Below, in pieces: positions 1 through 9,136 of a stretch of 64,000 nt of DNA. Source of the DNA: Thalassobaculaceae bacterium. GTDB lineage: Bacteria; Pseudomonadota; Alphaproteobacteria; Thalassobaculales; Thalassobaculaceae. Under the pieces are notes generated by a model that had not been told where the DNA came from, made no database searches, and saw nothing but the letters and a program-made list of their open reading frames with translations. Numbering within the stretch: the stretch's first letter is position 1; the number at the start of each line of letters is the position of its first letter. A program made the position numbers and the translations under genes. Where the stretch lies: assembly GCA_965228875.1 (NCBI GenBank), contig OZ245843.1, forward strand, positions 124,001 through 188,000, in the 5' to 3' direction.

Positions 1-330
1 CGAGTTCCGCAGCGAGAACACGTCGAAGCTGTTCAGTTCGACGAGTTCGTGGAGGACCGCCATGTCGGCCTCGAGATCCGCCTCTTCGGCGCCGATGAAG
101 TCGGGCAGATCACGGACCTTGATGAGGCCGGCGCCGGTGCTGCCGTCGTTGAACAGTTCGAGTTCAGAGGTGAGTTGAGCGGTCTTGACCAGCCGCGCCC
201 GCGCCAGCCCCGGAAGCCGCAGCGGTACGATCCGCAGCGGCATGGTGTGCAGCGAGTCCCGGTCAATGTCTGTGAGGTCGTCGAGAATGGCGAGGCTCTG
301 CGGTTCCGCTTCGGCGAGGGAACCATGATC
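1..330 (-). CDS. Hypothetical protein, N-terminal part only (3' end runs off the left edge; start uncertain; not in ORF track)
   Basis: The minus frame antiparallel to + frame 1 reads ...LAEAEPQSLAILDDLTDIDRDSLHTMPLRIVPLRLPGLARARLVKTAQLTSELELFNDGSTGAGLIKVRDLPDFIGAEEADLEADMAVLHELVELNSFDVFSLRNS with G/C-ending codons and no stop. In-frame starts exist only at ATG 243 and TTG 447. Confidence 0.7.
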
Positions 331-470
331 CGACGGTTGCGATACCTCAAGGTCAAATCGACACCCGGTTTCGCTGCCGGCCCGGCCGCGTCCGGGCTCT
401 TGCCCGGCGCGCCCGCATGGCCAAATATAGAGGCATGGAAAATGCAACCGACGCCCTGTCAGGCGGGAAA

Positions 471-797
471 ATGAAGATCGTCGAGCCGAAATTCTCGATT
501 GGCGCCGTGGTCAAGCACCGGCACTACGACTTCCGTGGGGTGGTGTTCGACATCGATCCCGAGTTCGCCAACACCGAGGAGTGGTACAACTCCATTCCGG
601 AGGAGCGCCGGCCGCGCCGGGACCAGCCGTTCTATCATCTGTTCGCGGAGAACCCGCAGAGCTACTACATCGCCTATGTCTCCGAGCAGAACCTGGTCGA
701 CGACGCGTCCAACGGCCCGGTCGATCATCCCCAGATCGGCGAGATGTTCCGGTCAATCGGCGACGGTCGCTACGTGATGCGACAGATCAACGCCTGA
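471..797 (+). CDS. hspQ: Heat shock protein HspQ (YccV-like)
   Basis: KFSIGAVVKHRHYDFRGVVFDIDPEF...RPRRDQPFYHLFAEN...YIAYVSEQNL signature. Alternative start at 435. Confidence 0.92.
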   Translation: MKIVEPKFSIGAVVKHRHYDFRGVVFDIDPEFANTEEWYNSIPEERRPRRDQPFYHLFAENPQSYYIAYVSEQNLVDDASNGPVDHPQIGEMFRSIGDGRYVMRQINA

Positions 798-811
798 TCC
801 GACGCACCGGC

Positions 812-1852
812 CTATCCCGCCTGACGTCCGGCGACCGCTCTCGGGTCTCCCGCGAAGGCGCGTTCGGCTTCCTTCAGCGTTGCCATGATCTGGCGCCCGG
901 TCGGGCCGCCGTCATCGTCGATCCGGTGCTTCAGGGCGGCACCGACGCCGTCGAGGTGGGCGCGCAGAAAGGCGACGAGACGCGGCCCCAGGCTGTGCTT
1001 GCCCGAACTGTACTGCGCCAGGGAGCCGGTGATCGCCCCGAGCAGCGTGAGCCCTCGCTGGGTTGAAAGCCGGGTGGAGGCTGACGCCTGGCCGTTGAGG
1101 TGCGACAGCAACGGCGGGGCCAGTGTGGCCTGCAACTCGCTCCAGGTCTTTCCCATGACCGCGCTCTGCCGACCGATCATCGACAGTCCCTCGCGCTTCT
1201 TGCGACCGATATGGCCGAGGGCGGGCAGCACCGTGCTGCGCGGCAGGCCATTACGCAGGGCCAGCGCGGGGCTGGAGCCGATGCCGGGGAACCGCTTGAA
1301 ACGGAAGCCGATGGTCTCGGCCGCAATGTCGTAGCGCCCGGCGGTGGAAGCGATCGCCTGCTCCGGCAGGGCGGACGCTCGCCGCTCCGGCGCCTTCGCA
1401 TCGCTGGCCCGGCGGCGGTCGGGGCCGACATAGCCGCCGCAGACGATGAAGTCGGCACGGTCGGTCGGCCAGGCGCGCAGCGCGCCCGCCAGGGCCTGCC
1501 GGTTGAACGGTCGGCTCAGCGTCAACAGGCAGCCGGCGCGTATGGTCTGACGAAGGTCGCTCTGCGTGATGGCGTCACCGAGCAGGCCCATGGCGAGGCC
1601 GGGGTAGGGGCTTTCCGGGTCGCGGCGCACGAACTGGATCACGGACTGCGCCGGTTCCGGACCGATATCGCGGTCGATCAGCGCCAGGGCAATGCGGTGT
1701 CGCGGGTCGCGGAGCCGTTCCGTCGCGGCCCGAGAGGTCGCCACCCGCTCTATCCTTTCAGCGCTCATCGATGGACAGGCGTCGAGCAGGCGCATGACAT
1801 CGGCGTCGCTGCCGCCCGCGAGAAGGATCCGTTCAACGTCCTGTGTGCCCAT
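812..1852 (-). CDS. Atypical response-regulator-like protein: degenerate receiver + YVGPDRRR (Cle-type Arg-rich motif) + Hpt-like helical C-terminus
   Basis: Receiver-like pattern (RILLAGGS...LALIDRD...FVRRDPESPYP...LSRPF), then FIVCGGYVGPDRRR; C-terminal FLRAHLDGVGAALKHRIDDDGGPTG. GGAG RBS before ATG 1852. Confidence 0.7.
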   Translation of the reverse strand: MGTQDVERILLAGGSDADVMRLLDACPSMSAERIERVATSRAATERLRDPRHRIALALIDRDIGPEPAQSVIQFVRRDPESPYPGLAMGLLGDAITQSDLRQTIRAGCLLTLSRPFNRQALAGALRAWPTDRADFIVCGGYVGPDRRRASDAKAPERRASALPEQAIASTAGRYDIAAETIGFRFKRFPGIGSSPALALRNGLPRSTVLPALGHIGRKKREGLSMIGRQSAVMGKTWSELQATLAPPLLSHLNGQASASTRLSTQRGLTLLGAITGSLAQYSSGKHSLGPRLVAFLRAHLDGVGAALKHRIDDDGGPTGRQIMATLKEAERAFAGDPRAVAGRQAG

Positions 1853-1913
1853 CGTCACCGCTCCGTTCGAGAATGGATACGGGGTCACCGGCAAGACCTG
1901 TGCCGGTCATGCG

Positions 1914-1921
1914 TTAACCAT
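1914..1921. promoter_or_regulatory. CtrA half-site-like motif TTAACCAT upstream of the Cle-like gene
   Basis: Exact TTAACCAT about 60 bp upstream of the start codon, in otherwise GC-rich DNA. Confidence 0.45.
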
Positions 1922-2060
1922 TGGGTGCAATGGAGTCCGCGTGGTGCCCGCGTTGAGTCGGCGCGGGCGCGTGTCGCAGGGTGGAAATGGATTCCGCGCG
2001 GACCGGCGGAATCTGCCGGGTCGGGCTTGCTTCTCTGCGGGGCGGGACGCGGCCGAGAGG

Positions 2061-2981
2061 TCAGGTGGGACCGAACATCGGGGCGCCGGCCACCGGCAAC
2101 TCGGCGGCCAGAACCGATCCGGTCTCGCTCTCGGTGATGAACAGGGTGCGGCGCTGCGGGCCGCCGAAGGCGACATTGGTCGTCCCGATCCCCGCCGGCG
2201 AGCGCAGGCGGTGTAGCGGCTCGCCCAGCGGCGAGAAGTGCCAGACGGTTCCCAGCCCGAAATGCGCCACCACGAGGCCGCCGGTCTCGTCAATGGCGAT
2301 TCCGTCCGGACCCTGGCCGCCGGACAGTTGGATGTACTGACCGACCTTGGACACATGGCCGTCGGGCATGAGGGGGAGGCGCCAGATGGCGTTGGCGCGG
2401 GTCATGGCGACGTAGAGCCAGTTCTCCTGCGGCGTGAGCACCAGGCCGTTGGGCGAGGGCCCGTTGTCGAGAAGCTTGTCGAGCCGTCCCTCGGCGGACA
2501 AGCGGTAGACCCGGCCCCGGGGGTCGTGCAGCCCGGTCTGACCCTGATCGGTGAAGTAGACGTCGCCGTTGCTGGCGAAATGCAGGTCGTTGACGCCGAT
2601 GAGTCCCTCGGAATATCGGTCGCCGACGAGGGTCTCGATCTTTCCGGAGGCCGGGTCGAAGGCCAGCAGGCCGCGCCGGTAATCGGCGATGAACGCACGG
2701 CCGTCGGCATGGAACTTCAGGCCATTGGGCCAGCCGTCGTATTCGGTGACGACATCCCAATTCCGCCCGTCGGCACTCAGGCGCAGGATCCGGCCGTTCG
2801 GAATATCGACCATCCACAGGTTGCCGTCGCGGTCGACGCTCGGTCCCTCGAGGAAACAGTCCGTGACCATGCCGGGACGGTTGCCGTGGGCCCAGCCTGA
2901 GCCGCTGTCCTTGCGCAGGCGATCGGGAAGGCGGGCGAAGACGCGGACATCGAGGTCGGCGGGGGGAGCGAAAAGGGTCAT
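2061..2981 (-). CDS. SMP-30/gluconolactonase/LRE family protein
   Basis: FLEGPSVDRDGNLWMVDI, WPNGL, GVNDL, SPNGL, GPDGIAID and TTNVAFGG beta-propeller motifs. Confidence 0.9.
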   Translation of the reverse strand: MTLFAPPADLDVRVFARLPDRLRKDSGSGWAHGNRPGMVTDCFLEGPSVDRDGNLWMVDIPNGRILRLSADGRNWDVVTEYDGWPNGLKFHADGRAFIADYRRGLLAFDPASGKIETLVGDRYSEGLIGVNDLHFASNGDVYFTDQGQTGLHDPRGRVYRLSAEGRLDKLLDNGPSPNGLVLTPQENWLYVAMTRANAIWRLPLMPDGHVSKVGQYIQLSGGQGPDGIAIDETGGLVVAHFGLGTVWHFSPLGEPLHRLRSPAGIGTTNVAFGGPQRRTLFITESETGSVLAAELPVAGAPMFGPT

Positions 2982-3033
2982 GGCCCCAGGCTAGCGGTCC
3001 GCGCCCACGGGTCAATCCACCTTGACTCGTGCC

Positions 3034-3648
3034 CTAGGCAGACGCGTTGAGCCTGCTCGCCAGGCGGGAGCCCTGGGCGGCCTTGGCCGGTTTCTCCGCC
3101 GGCTCTTCCGGTTCGGGATCGGGTGTGAAGGACTTCGCGCGATCCTTGACCTTCGGCGCGGTGTCCTTGGGCTTCGCCTTGGTCGGGCCCTTGGCCTTCA
3201 CGCCGCCGGAGAACGTGGCGACCTCCAGCAGGCGTTCGCACTGCAGTTTGAAGTCCGACGGTGCCTTGTACTTCATCGCGCCCGTGAGGCATTCCCGCGC
3301 CTTCTTGGTCAACGCGGCGCGCTTCTCGACGTCATCGGCCTTTCCGGCGTCGATCGCTCCCTTGCAGGCCACGGCCGTCGCCTTCATGTAGGCGTGCAAC
3401 AGGAAGGCATCGACCGCATTCCGGCGATCCTTGGTGTAGGGCGTCGGCAGTTTCGGGTTCTTGAGGGACTCGATCAGACGCTTGGCCGCCGCCTCGCTGC
3501 GGTCGGTATTGCCGGCCTCCGCGTGCTGGCGCAGGTGTTCGAAACCGGAATCGATCGACACCATCATGGCCTCGACTTTGCGGCGCTCGACCTCTTCCTT
3601 CTCCGCGTTCTTCTCTGCGTTCTTGTCCTGCTTGTTTCTGCCGAACAC
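3034..3648 (-). CDS. Hypothetical Lys/Ala-rich helical protein
   Basis: Coding-like codon bias; GGAG RBS shortly upstream of GTG at 3648. No family recognised. Confidence 0.75.
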   Translation of the reverse strand: MFGRNKQDKNAEKNAEKEEVERRKVEAMMVSIDSGFEHLRQHAEAGNTDRSEAAAKRLIESLKNPKLPTPYTKDRRNAVDAFLLHAYMKATAVACKGAIDAGKADDVEKRAALTKKARECLTGAMKYKAPSDFKLQCERLLEVATFSGGVKAKGPTKAKPKDTAPKVKDRAKSFTPDPEPEEPAEKPAKAAQGSRLASRLNASA

Positions 3649-3742
3649 GACCCAACTCCCCAAACCCGCGCCGGGATTCTTTTTCCCGGTCTTTCCGCGT
3701 AGCAGTCCGAGAACCGCATCGGACACTATCGCAGAATACGGG

Positions 3743-3757
3743 TTAACAACGCGTTAG
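3743..3757. promoter_or_regulatory. CtrA-box-like motif TTAA-N7-TTAG
   Basis: TTAA caacgcg TTAG, one mismatch to TTAA-N7-TTAA, upstream of CDS 3034..3648 at the edge of an AT-rich tract. Confidence 0.5.
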
Positions 3758-3920
3758 CAAAAACGAATAATCGGTGCTCTTGCTCTGTCGTATTCAATAA
3801 AAATCATCTCGAATTTCCACCGATATTTGGGATCAATTTTATTTACCTGAGGTCGTGATACTCGGCCGTTCCGACGTTTGCGCTTCGGTGGATTGTCCGG
3901 CGCTTGCGGTACGCCCCAGC

Positions 3921-3998
3921 GACGTCCCGTCGCTTTCACGCGCATAGACGTCCCGTCGCTTTCCCGCACACAGACGTCCCGCCGCTTTCACGCGCACA
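3921..3998. repeat. Tandem repeat, 3 x 26 bp
   Basis: gacgtcccgtcgctttcacgcgcata / gacgtcccgtcgctttcccgcacaca / gacgtcccgccgctttcacgcgcaca. Confidence 0.9.
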
Positions 3999-4033
3999 AA
4001 AAAACCGGGAAAGGCGCGGTTGCCTTCCCCGGT
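3998..4033 (-). terminator. Rho-independent terminator of nrdJ
   Basis: Stem accgggaaaggc / gccttccccggt preceded on + by an A-run (U-tract on minus), just downstream of the nrdJ stop. Confidence 0.8.
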
Positions 4034-4060
4034 CTGTGACGGTCGATCGATGGGCTGGCG

Positions 4061-7000
4061 TCAGCTGCAGCCGCTGGTGCTGCCGCAGGTGTCGCACTTC
4101 ATGCAGGTCCCGTTGCGTACCAGGGTGAAGTTGCCGCACTCGCCGCAGCTTTCGCCCTCGTAGCCCTTGATCCGCGCCTCGCGGATGGCCGCCAGCTTGG
4201 CGTCGACCGCGTCCCTCACGGCCGTGCTGACCGTGGTGGTCTGAGTGACGGTCCGCTCGGCGACGGCGACACCACCTCCGGACACGGTGCCGGTCGCCAC
4301 GGCGCTGCCAGCCGACGCGGCGGTCGTCGGCGTTCCGCCGTCGGTCCCGGTGGGACGCATCTCGTTCAGGCCGCCGGCGATCACCTCCAGGTTGGCCCGG
4401 ACGTCGGTGCGGGCGAAGCCGCGGCTGGCGAAGCCCGTCACCTTCTCCAGGATCGCGTTGGCCTTGGCGGCGTCGTACTCCTCGCCCTGACCGTCGCCGA
4501 CCGTGTCCGGAGTGAGGTCCTCCTGTTCGACATGGGCGAGGTCGTGCCGGTCGAGATACGAGATCGCCAACTCGCGGAACAGGTAATCCAGGATCGAGGT
4601 CGCCATCTTGATGGCGTCGTTGCCCTGGACGAGGCCCTGCGGCTCGAAGCGGGTGAAGGTGAAGGCGTCGACATACTCTTCGAGCGGCACGCCGTACTGC
4701 AGTCCGATCGAGACGGCGATGGCGAAATTGTTCATCAGCGAGCGGAAGGCGGCGCCCTCCTTGTGCATGTCGATGAAGATCTCGCCGAGCTTGCCGTCGG
4801 CGTATTCGCCGGTGCGCAGGTAGACCTTGTGGCCGCCCACGACCGCCTTCTGCGTATATCCCTTGCGGCGCTGGGGCAGGCGCTCGCGCTCGGCCCGCTT
4901 CTCGACGATCTTCTCGACCACCTTCTCGACGATCCGCTCGGCGACCACCTCGACCTTCTGGGCGGTCGGCCGCGCGGCGAACTCCTCGGCGTCGTCCTCG
5001 TCGTCGAAGTCGAACACCGACGCCGACAGCGGCTGGCTGAGCTTGGAACCGTCGCGGTAGAGGGCGTTCGCCTTGAGCCCCAGGCGCCAGGACAGCATGT
5101 AGGCGTCCTTGCAGTCCTCGACCGTCGCGCCGTTCGGCATGTTGATGGTCTTGGAGATCGCGCCGGAGATGAACGGCTGCGCCGCGGCCATCATGCGGAT
5201 ATGGCTTTCGGCCGACAGGTAGCGCTTGCCGATCCGCCCGCAGGGGTTCGCGCAGTCGAACACCGACAGGTGCTCGTCCTTGAGGTACGGCGCGCCCTCG
5301 AGCGTCATCGCGCCGCAGACATAGGTGTTGGCGGCCTCGACCTCGGACCTGGAGAAGCCGAGTTCGGCCAGCATGTCGAAGGCGATGTCGTTGAGCTGCG
5401 CCTCGCTGAAGCCGAGCACGTCGCGGCAGAAGGCCTCGCCGAGCGTCCACTTGTTGAAGGCGAACTTGATGTCGAAGGCGGAGACCACCGCCTGTTCCAG
5501 GGCGGCGATCTGCTCGGCGCCGAAACCCTTGGCGGCCAGCGCCTCATGGCCCAGAACCGGCGCCCCCTTGAGGGTCCCGTGACCGACGGCGTAGCGCACG
5601 ATCTCCTCGATCTGCGCGCTGCCGTACCCGAGCGTGCGCAGGGCCTCGGGAACGACCCGGTTGATGATCTTGAAGTAGCCGCCGCCGGCGAGCTTCTTGA
5701 ACTTGACGATGGCGAAGTCGGGCTCGATGCCCGTGGTGTCGCAGTCCATCACCAGCCCGATCGTGCCGGTCGGGGCGATCACGGTCGACTGCGCGTTGCG
5801 ATAGCCGTGCTGCTCGCCGAGCGCCAGCGCCTCGGTCCATGCCGCCTTGGCGGCGTCGACCAGGTCTGCCTGCGGGCAGCTCCCGGCATCGAGCGCGACG
5901 GGAGCGATCGACAGGCCCTCGTACCCGTCGGCCTCACCATAGGCGGCGCGGCGGTGGTTGCGGATCACGCGCAGCATGTTGTCGGCGTTGGCGGCGTATT
6001 CTGGGAAGGCGCCAAGCTCGCCGGCCATCTCGGCCGAGGTGGCGTAGGCGGTGCCGGTCATCAGCGCGGTGATGGCGCCGCAGAGCGCACGGCCGGCATC
6101 GCTGTCGTAGGACAGGCCCATTCCCATCAGCAGGCCGCCGATGTTGGCATAGCCGAGGCCGAGGGTGCGGTAGTCGTAGGACAGCCTCGCGATCTCCTTC
6201 GACGGGAACTGGGCCATCAGCACCGAGATCTCGAGCGTGACGGTCCACAGCCGCGAGGCGTGGGTGAACGCGGCGACGTCGAAGGTGCCGTCGGCCTTCT
6301 GGAACTGCATCAGGTTCATCGACGCCAGATTGCAGGCGGTGTCGTCGAGGAACATGTACTCCGAACACGGGTTGGAGGCGTTGATCCGCCCTCCCGCCGG
6401 GCAGGTGTGCCATTCGTTGATCGTTGTGTCGTACTGCAGGCCCGGGTCGGCGCTCTGCCACGCGGCCTCGGCAATCTTCTCCCAGAGATCCTTGGCCCGC
6501 AGGGTGGCGCTGATCTTGCCGTCGGTTCGGCGGATCAGGTTCCAGTCGTCATCGGCCTCCACGGCGCGCAGGAAATCGTCGCTGACGCGCACAGAGTTGT
6601 TGGAGTTCTGGCCGGAGACGGTGAGATAGGCCTCGCTGTCCCAGTCGGTGTCGTAGGTGCGGAAATCGATCTCGGTGAAGCCCTGACGCGCGAACTGGAT
6701 GACGCGCTGCACGTAGCTCAGCGGAATCATCGCATTCTTGGCGGCCTTGATGGCGGCCTTCAGCTCCGGGTTCTGCGCCGCGTCATAGGCGTCGTCGCCC
6801 AGGGTCTCGCGGGCCTCGACGCAGGCGGCCATGATCGCCTTCATCGAGCGGGCGGCCAGCTTGGAGCCGGCGACCAGGGCCGCGACCTTCTGCTCCTCGA
6901 TCGCCTTCCACTCGATGTACTGGACGATGTCCGGATGGTCGATGTCGACGGTGACCATCTTCGCCGCCCGGCGGGTGGTCCCGCCCGACTTGATGGCGCC

Positions 7001-7795
7001 GGCGGCCCGGTCGCCGATCTTCAGGAAGCTCATCAGGCCCGAGGACTTGCCGCCGCCGGCCAGCGGCTCGCTCTCGCCACGAAGCCGCGAGAAGTTGGAG
7101 CCGGTACCGGAGCCGTACTTGAACAGCCGGGCCTCGCGCACCCACAGGTCCATGATGCCGCCATCGTTGACCAGGTCGTCCTCGACGCCCTGGATGAAGC
7201 AGGCGTGGGGCTGCGGGTGCTCGTAGGCGGATTTCGAGCGGGTCAGCTTGCCGGTCTTGAAGTCCACATAGTGGTGGCCCTGGGCCGGGCCGTCGATGCC
7301 GTAGGCCCAGTGCAGGCCAGTGTTGAACCACTGCGGCGAGTTCGGCGCGGCCATCTGGCGGGCCAGCATCGCGCACATCTCGTCGTAGTAGGCGCGGGCG
7401 TCCTCCTCGGTGTCGAAGTAGCCGCCCTTCCAGCCCCAGTAGGTCCAGGTGCCGGCGAGACGGTTGAACACCTGCTTGGCGCTGTTTTCACCGGTGGTGC
7501 GCTCGTCCTCCGGCAGGGCGGCGAGCTTCTCCTCGTCCGGCGCCTCGCGCCACAGCCAGGCCGGGACGTCCTTCTCCTTGACCTTCTTGCGCACGGCCGG
7601 GATGCCGGCCTTGCGGAAGTACTTCTGGGCCAGGATGTCGCTGGCGACCTGCGACCAGTCGCTCGGCACTTCCATGTCGTCGCGGCGGAACACGATGGAA
7701 CCGTCGGGGTTGCGGATCTCGCTCGTCGTCATCCGGAACTCGATGCCGTCGAAGGCGTCCTTGCCCGCCGTCGTGAAGCGCCGTTCGATCCTCAT
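4061..7795 (-). CDS. nrdJ: Vitamin B12-dependent (class II) ribonucleotide reductase
   Basis: [48 protein letters not shown]-terminal TSCPD-like domain and CGEC...CDTC zinc finger. Confidence 0.97.
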   Translation of the reverse strand: MRIERRFTTAGKDAFDGIEFRMTTSEIRNPDGSIVFRRDDMEVPSDWSQVASDILAQKYFRKAGIPAVRKKVKEKDVPAWLWREAPDEEKLAALPEDERTTGENSAKQVFNRLAGTWTYWGWKGGYFDTEEDARAYYDEMCAMLARQMAAPNSPQWFNTGLHWAYGIDGPAQGHHYVDFKTGKLTRSKSAYEHPQPHACFIQGVEDDLVNDGGIMDLWVREARLFKYGSGTGSNFSRLRGESEPLAGGGKSSGLMSFLKIGDRAAGAIKSGGTTRRAAKMVTVDIDHPDIVQYIEWKAIEEQKVAALVAGSKLAARSMKAIMAACVEARETLGDDAYDAAQNPELKAAIKAAKNAMIPLSYVQRVIQFARQGFTEIDFRTYDTDWDSEAYLTVSGQNSNNSVRVSDDFLRAVEADDDWNLIRRTDGKISATLRAKDLWEKIAEAAWQSADPGLQYDTTINEWHTCPAGGRINASNPCSEYMFLDDTACNLASMNLMQFQKADGTFDVAAFTHASRLWTVTLEISVLMAQFPSKEIARLSYDYRTLGLGYANIGGLLMGMGLSYDSDAGRALCGAITALMTGTAYATSAEMAGELGAFPEYAANADNMLRVIRNHRRAAYGEADGYEGLSIAPVALDAGSCPQADLVDAAKAAWTEALALGEQHGYRNAQSTVIAPTGTIGLVMDCDTTGIEPDFAIVKFKKLAGGGYFKIINRVVPEALRTLGYGSAQIEEIVRYAVGHGTLKGAPVLGHEALAAKGFGAEQIAALEQAVVSAFDIKFAFNKWTLGEAFCRDVLGFSEAQLNDIAFDMLAELGFSRSEVEAANTYVCGAMTLEGAPYLKDEHLSVFDCANPCGRIGKRYLSAESHIRMMAAAQPFISGAISKTINMPNGATVEDCKDAYMLSWRLGLKANALYRDGSKLSQPLSASVFDFDDEDDAEEFAARPTAQKVEVVAERIVEKVVEKIVEKRAERERLPQRRKGYTQKAVVGGHKVYLRTGEYADGKLGEIFIDMHKEGAAFRSLMNNFAIAVSIGLQYGVPLEEYVDAFTFTRFEPQGLVQGNDAIKMATSILDYLFRELAISYLDRHDLAHVEQEDLTPDTVGDGQGEEYDAAKANAILEKVTGFASRGFARTDVRANLEVIAGGLNEMRPTGTDGGTPTTAASAGSAVATGTVSGGGVAVAERTVTQTTTVSTAVRDAVDAKLAAIREARIKGYEGESCGECGNFTLVRNGTCMKCDTCGSTSGCS

Positions 7796-7882
7796 ACCTA
7801 TGCTCCTGCCTCTGGGTGTCTTCTGCTGCCGGATTGTGTCGCCGGGCCCTTAACCGCGTCGAGCGTCCCCCGCCCGTGCCGG

Positions 7883-7929
7883 CGCATATATCTTGTGTGC
7901 CAGCGGCGATAACCTACTCGATGTAGCCC
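7883..7929. promoter_or_regulatory. Tandem NrdR boxes (proximal pair)
   Basis: cgcATATATcTTGTGT (7883-7898) and ctaCTcgATgTAGccc (7914-7929), 31 bp apart, resemble the consensus acaCwAtATaTwGtgt; upstream of nrdJ. Confidence 0.7.
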
Positions 7930-8027
7930 TTCGCCGGCAACCGCAAAATTCAAGATCTGATGAGATGAATTGAAGTGTTGCCGCGGTGCAACAAGCGGAC
8001 GACAAGACAAACTATGTCAGTAGGAAG

Positions 8028-8036
8028 TCTGGATAA
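8028..8036 (-). promoter_or_regulatory. DnaA-box-like site (TTATCCAGA, 8/9)
   Basis: Reverse complement of tctggataa. Confidence 0.4.
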
Positions 8037-8177
8037 GACTTCCATCGCAGTGGTCTTGCGCTTCATTTGTAGAGACGACGTCCGTGCCGGGATCGTCTCC
8101 TGGCGGCCCGCGAGCCCGAGTCTCCGTCCGAGGTTCCCTGCGCCACGGAGAAAGGATGCGGGAGGGGGCACGTCGGT

Positions 8178-8224
8178 GCAATAGATTTTGTGTGAAACAA
8201 TATTGCAAAATCTAAATGTGGTGG
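8178..8224. promoter_or_regulatory. Tandem NrdR boxes (distal pair)
   Basis: gcaaTAgATtTTGTGT (8178-8193) and aatCTAaATgTgGtgg (8209-8224), again 31 bp apart. Confidence 0.7.
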
Positions 8225-8235
8225 CCGAAGCCAAG

Positions 8236-8244
8236 TTATCCACA
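8236..8244 (+). promoter_or_regulatory. Perfect DnaA box TTATCCACA
   Basis: Exact consensus, adjacent to the distal NrdR pair. Confidence 0.65.
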
Positions 8245-8346
8245 GCGGCACCGAAATGGCGGATTCCCTGGCTTCCCGATCCGATGCAGCCACCGGTAGG
8301 ATGCACGCCGAGGTCAACCGCCCGTAACAAAATGTCGGAGGAAACC

Positions 8347-9018
8347 ATGGCGATCCTGCGCCGTGCGATGAACTACACCCCCCTGGATGCCGCAACGCTG
8401 GAGCGTTGGCGGGCCGTGCCGCCGGCGGTGGCCGGCGATAACATGAACCGCGATCGCTGCATGGACGCCACGGTGTCGCCGATCGGCGAGGGCTACACCA
8501 TGGTGGGGCATGCCCGCACGATCTCGGTGATGGCCGGCGACAATGGCGCCGTCCACGCCGCCCTGCCGCTGATCCAGCCGGGCGAGATCCTGGTGGTCAC
8601 GGCCGGCGGCGCCGGCGAGGTGGCGATCATCGGCGAGATCATCGCCGAATGCGCCAAGGCGCAGGGCTGCGCCGGCATCGTGCTCGACGGAGCGGTGCGC
8701 GACGTCGCGAGCCTGCGGACCCTCGGCATTCCCGTCTACGCGGCCGGGGCAACCCCGCGCGGCCCGCATAAGGGCTTCGGCGGCGAGATCGACGCGCCGA
8801 TCGCCTGCGGCGGCGTGGTGGTGGCGCCGGGCGACCTGGTCCTTGGCGACGATGACGGCATCTGCGTGGTGCCGCGCGCGCTCTGCGACGAGGTTCTGGT
8901 GAAGGGCGAGGCCCATGTGGCGAAGGAAGCCGACATGATCGCCAAGGTCCGCTCCGGCATCACCACGGCCGAGATGATCGGCGTCACGGTGCCGGAACCG
9001 ACCGACGCGGCCGGCTAA
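8347..9018 (+). CDS. RraA family protein (HMG/CHA aldolase-like)
   Basis: GDNGAVH, AIIGEI, GIVLDGAVRD, PIACGGVVVAPGDLVLGDDDGICVVP; GGAGG RBS. Confidence 0.9.
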   Translation: MAILRRAMNYTPLDAATLERWRAVPPAVAGDNMNRDRCMDATVSPIGEGYTMVGHARTISVMAGDNGAVHAALPLIQPGEILVVTAGGAGEVAIIGEIIAECAKAQGCAGIVLDGAVRDVASLRTLGIPVYAAGATPRGPHKGFGGEIDAPIACGGVVVAPGDLVLGDDDGICVVPRALCDEVLVKGEAHVAKEADMIAKVRSGITTAEMIGVTVPEPTDAAG

Positions 9019-9113
9019 GAGCGCGATCGCTTCAGATCGAATTGATCCGATGCGTGCTAGAGACAGAGTAAATTTACACGATCAGATGTTGTCGTCTGAT
9101 CGTGATTTGCTCT
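9018..9113. repeat. Intergenic palindromic MITE-like element (AGAGC...GCTCT family), copy 1
   Basis: agagcgcgatc...ttcagatcgaat...cacgatcagatg...tctgatcgtgatttgctct; homologous to 40435..40549. Confidence 0.8.
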
Positions 9114-9136
9114 GATCCGGCGGGGTCCGCATCGGG

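Noticed and set aside
49..474. Plus-strand 141-aa ORF
   Set aside because: It is the mirror of the minus-strand CDS, which has the coding codon bias.
3921..3998. Possible mini-CRISPR array
   Set aside because: The variable parts are only 9 nt and similar to each other, and there are no cas genes; it is a tandem repeat.
4061..7795. Intein or intron in nrdJ
   Set aside because: The frame is continuous, the length is ordinary for this type, and no intein (C...HN) or homing-endonuclease motifs were seen.
4532..7912. 1126-aa plus-strand ORF (and similar long antisense ORFs, e.g. 56925..59867, 48454..50571, 27188..29107)
   Set aside because: These are antisense shadows of real high-GC genes (nrdJ, pcaF/paaH, TRAP, maeB), with no recognisable motifs.
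7796..8346. Cobalamin riboswitch or replication origin upstream of nrdJ
   Set aside because: No B12-box consensus was seen. Two DnaA boxes without an extended cluster or typical oriC neighbours fit promoter regulation better.
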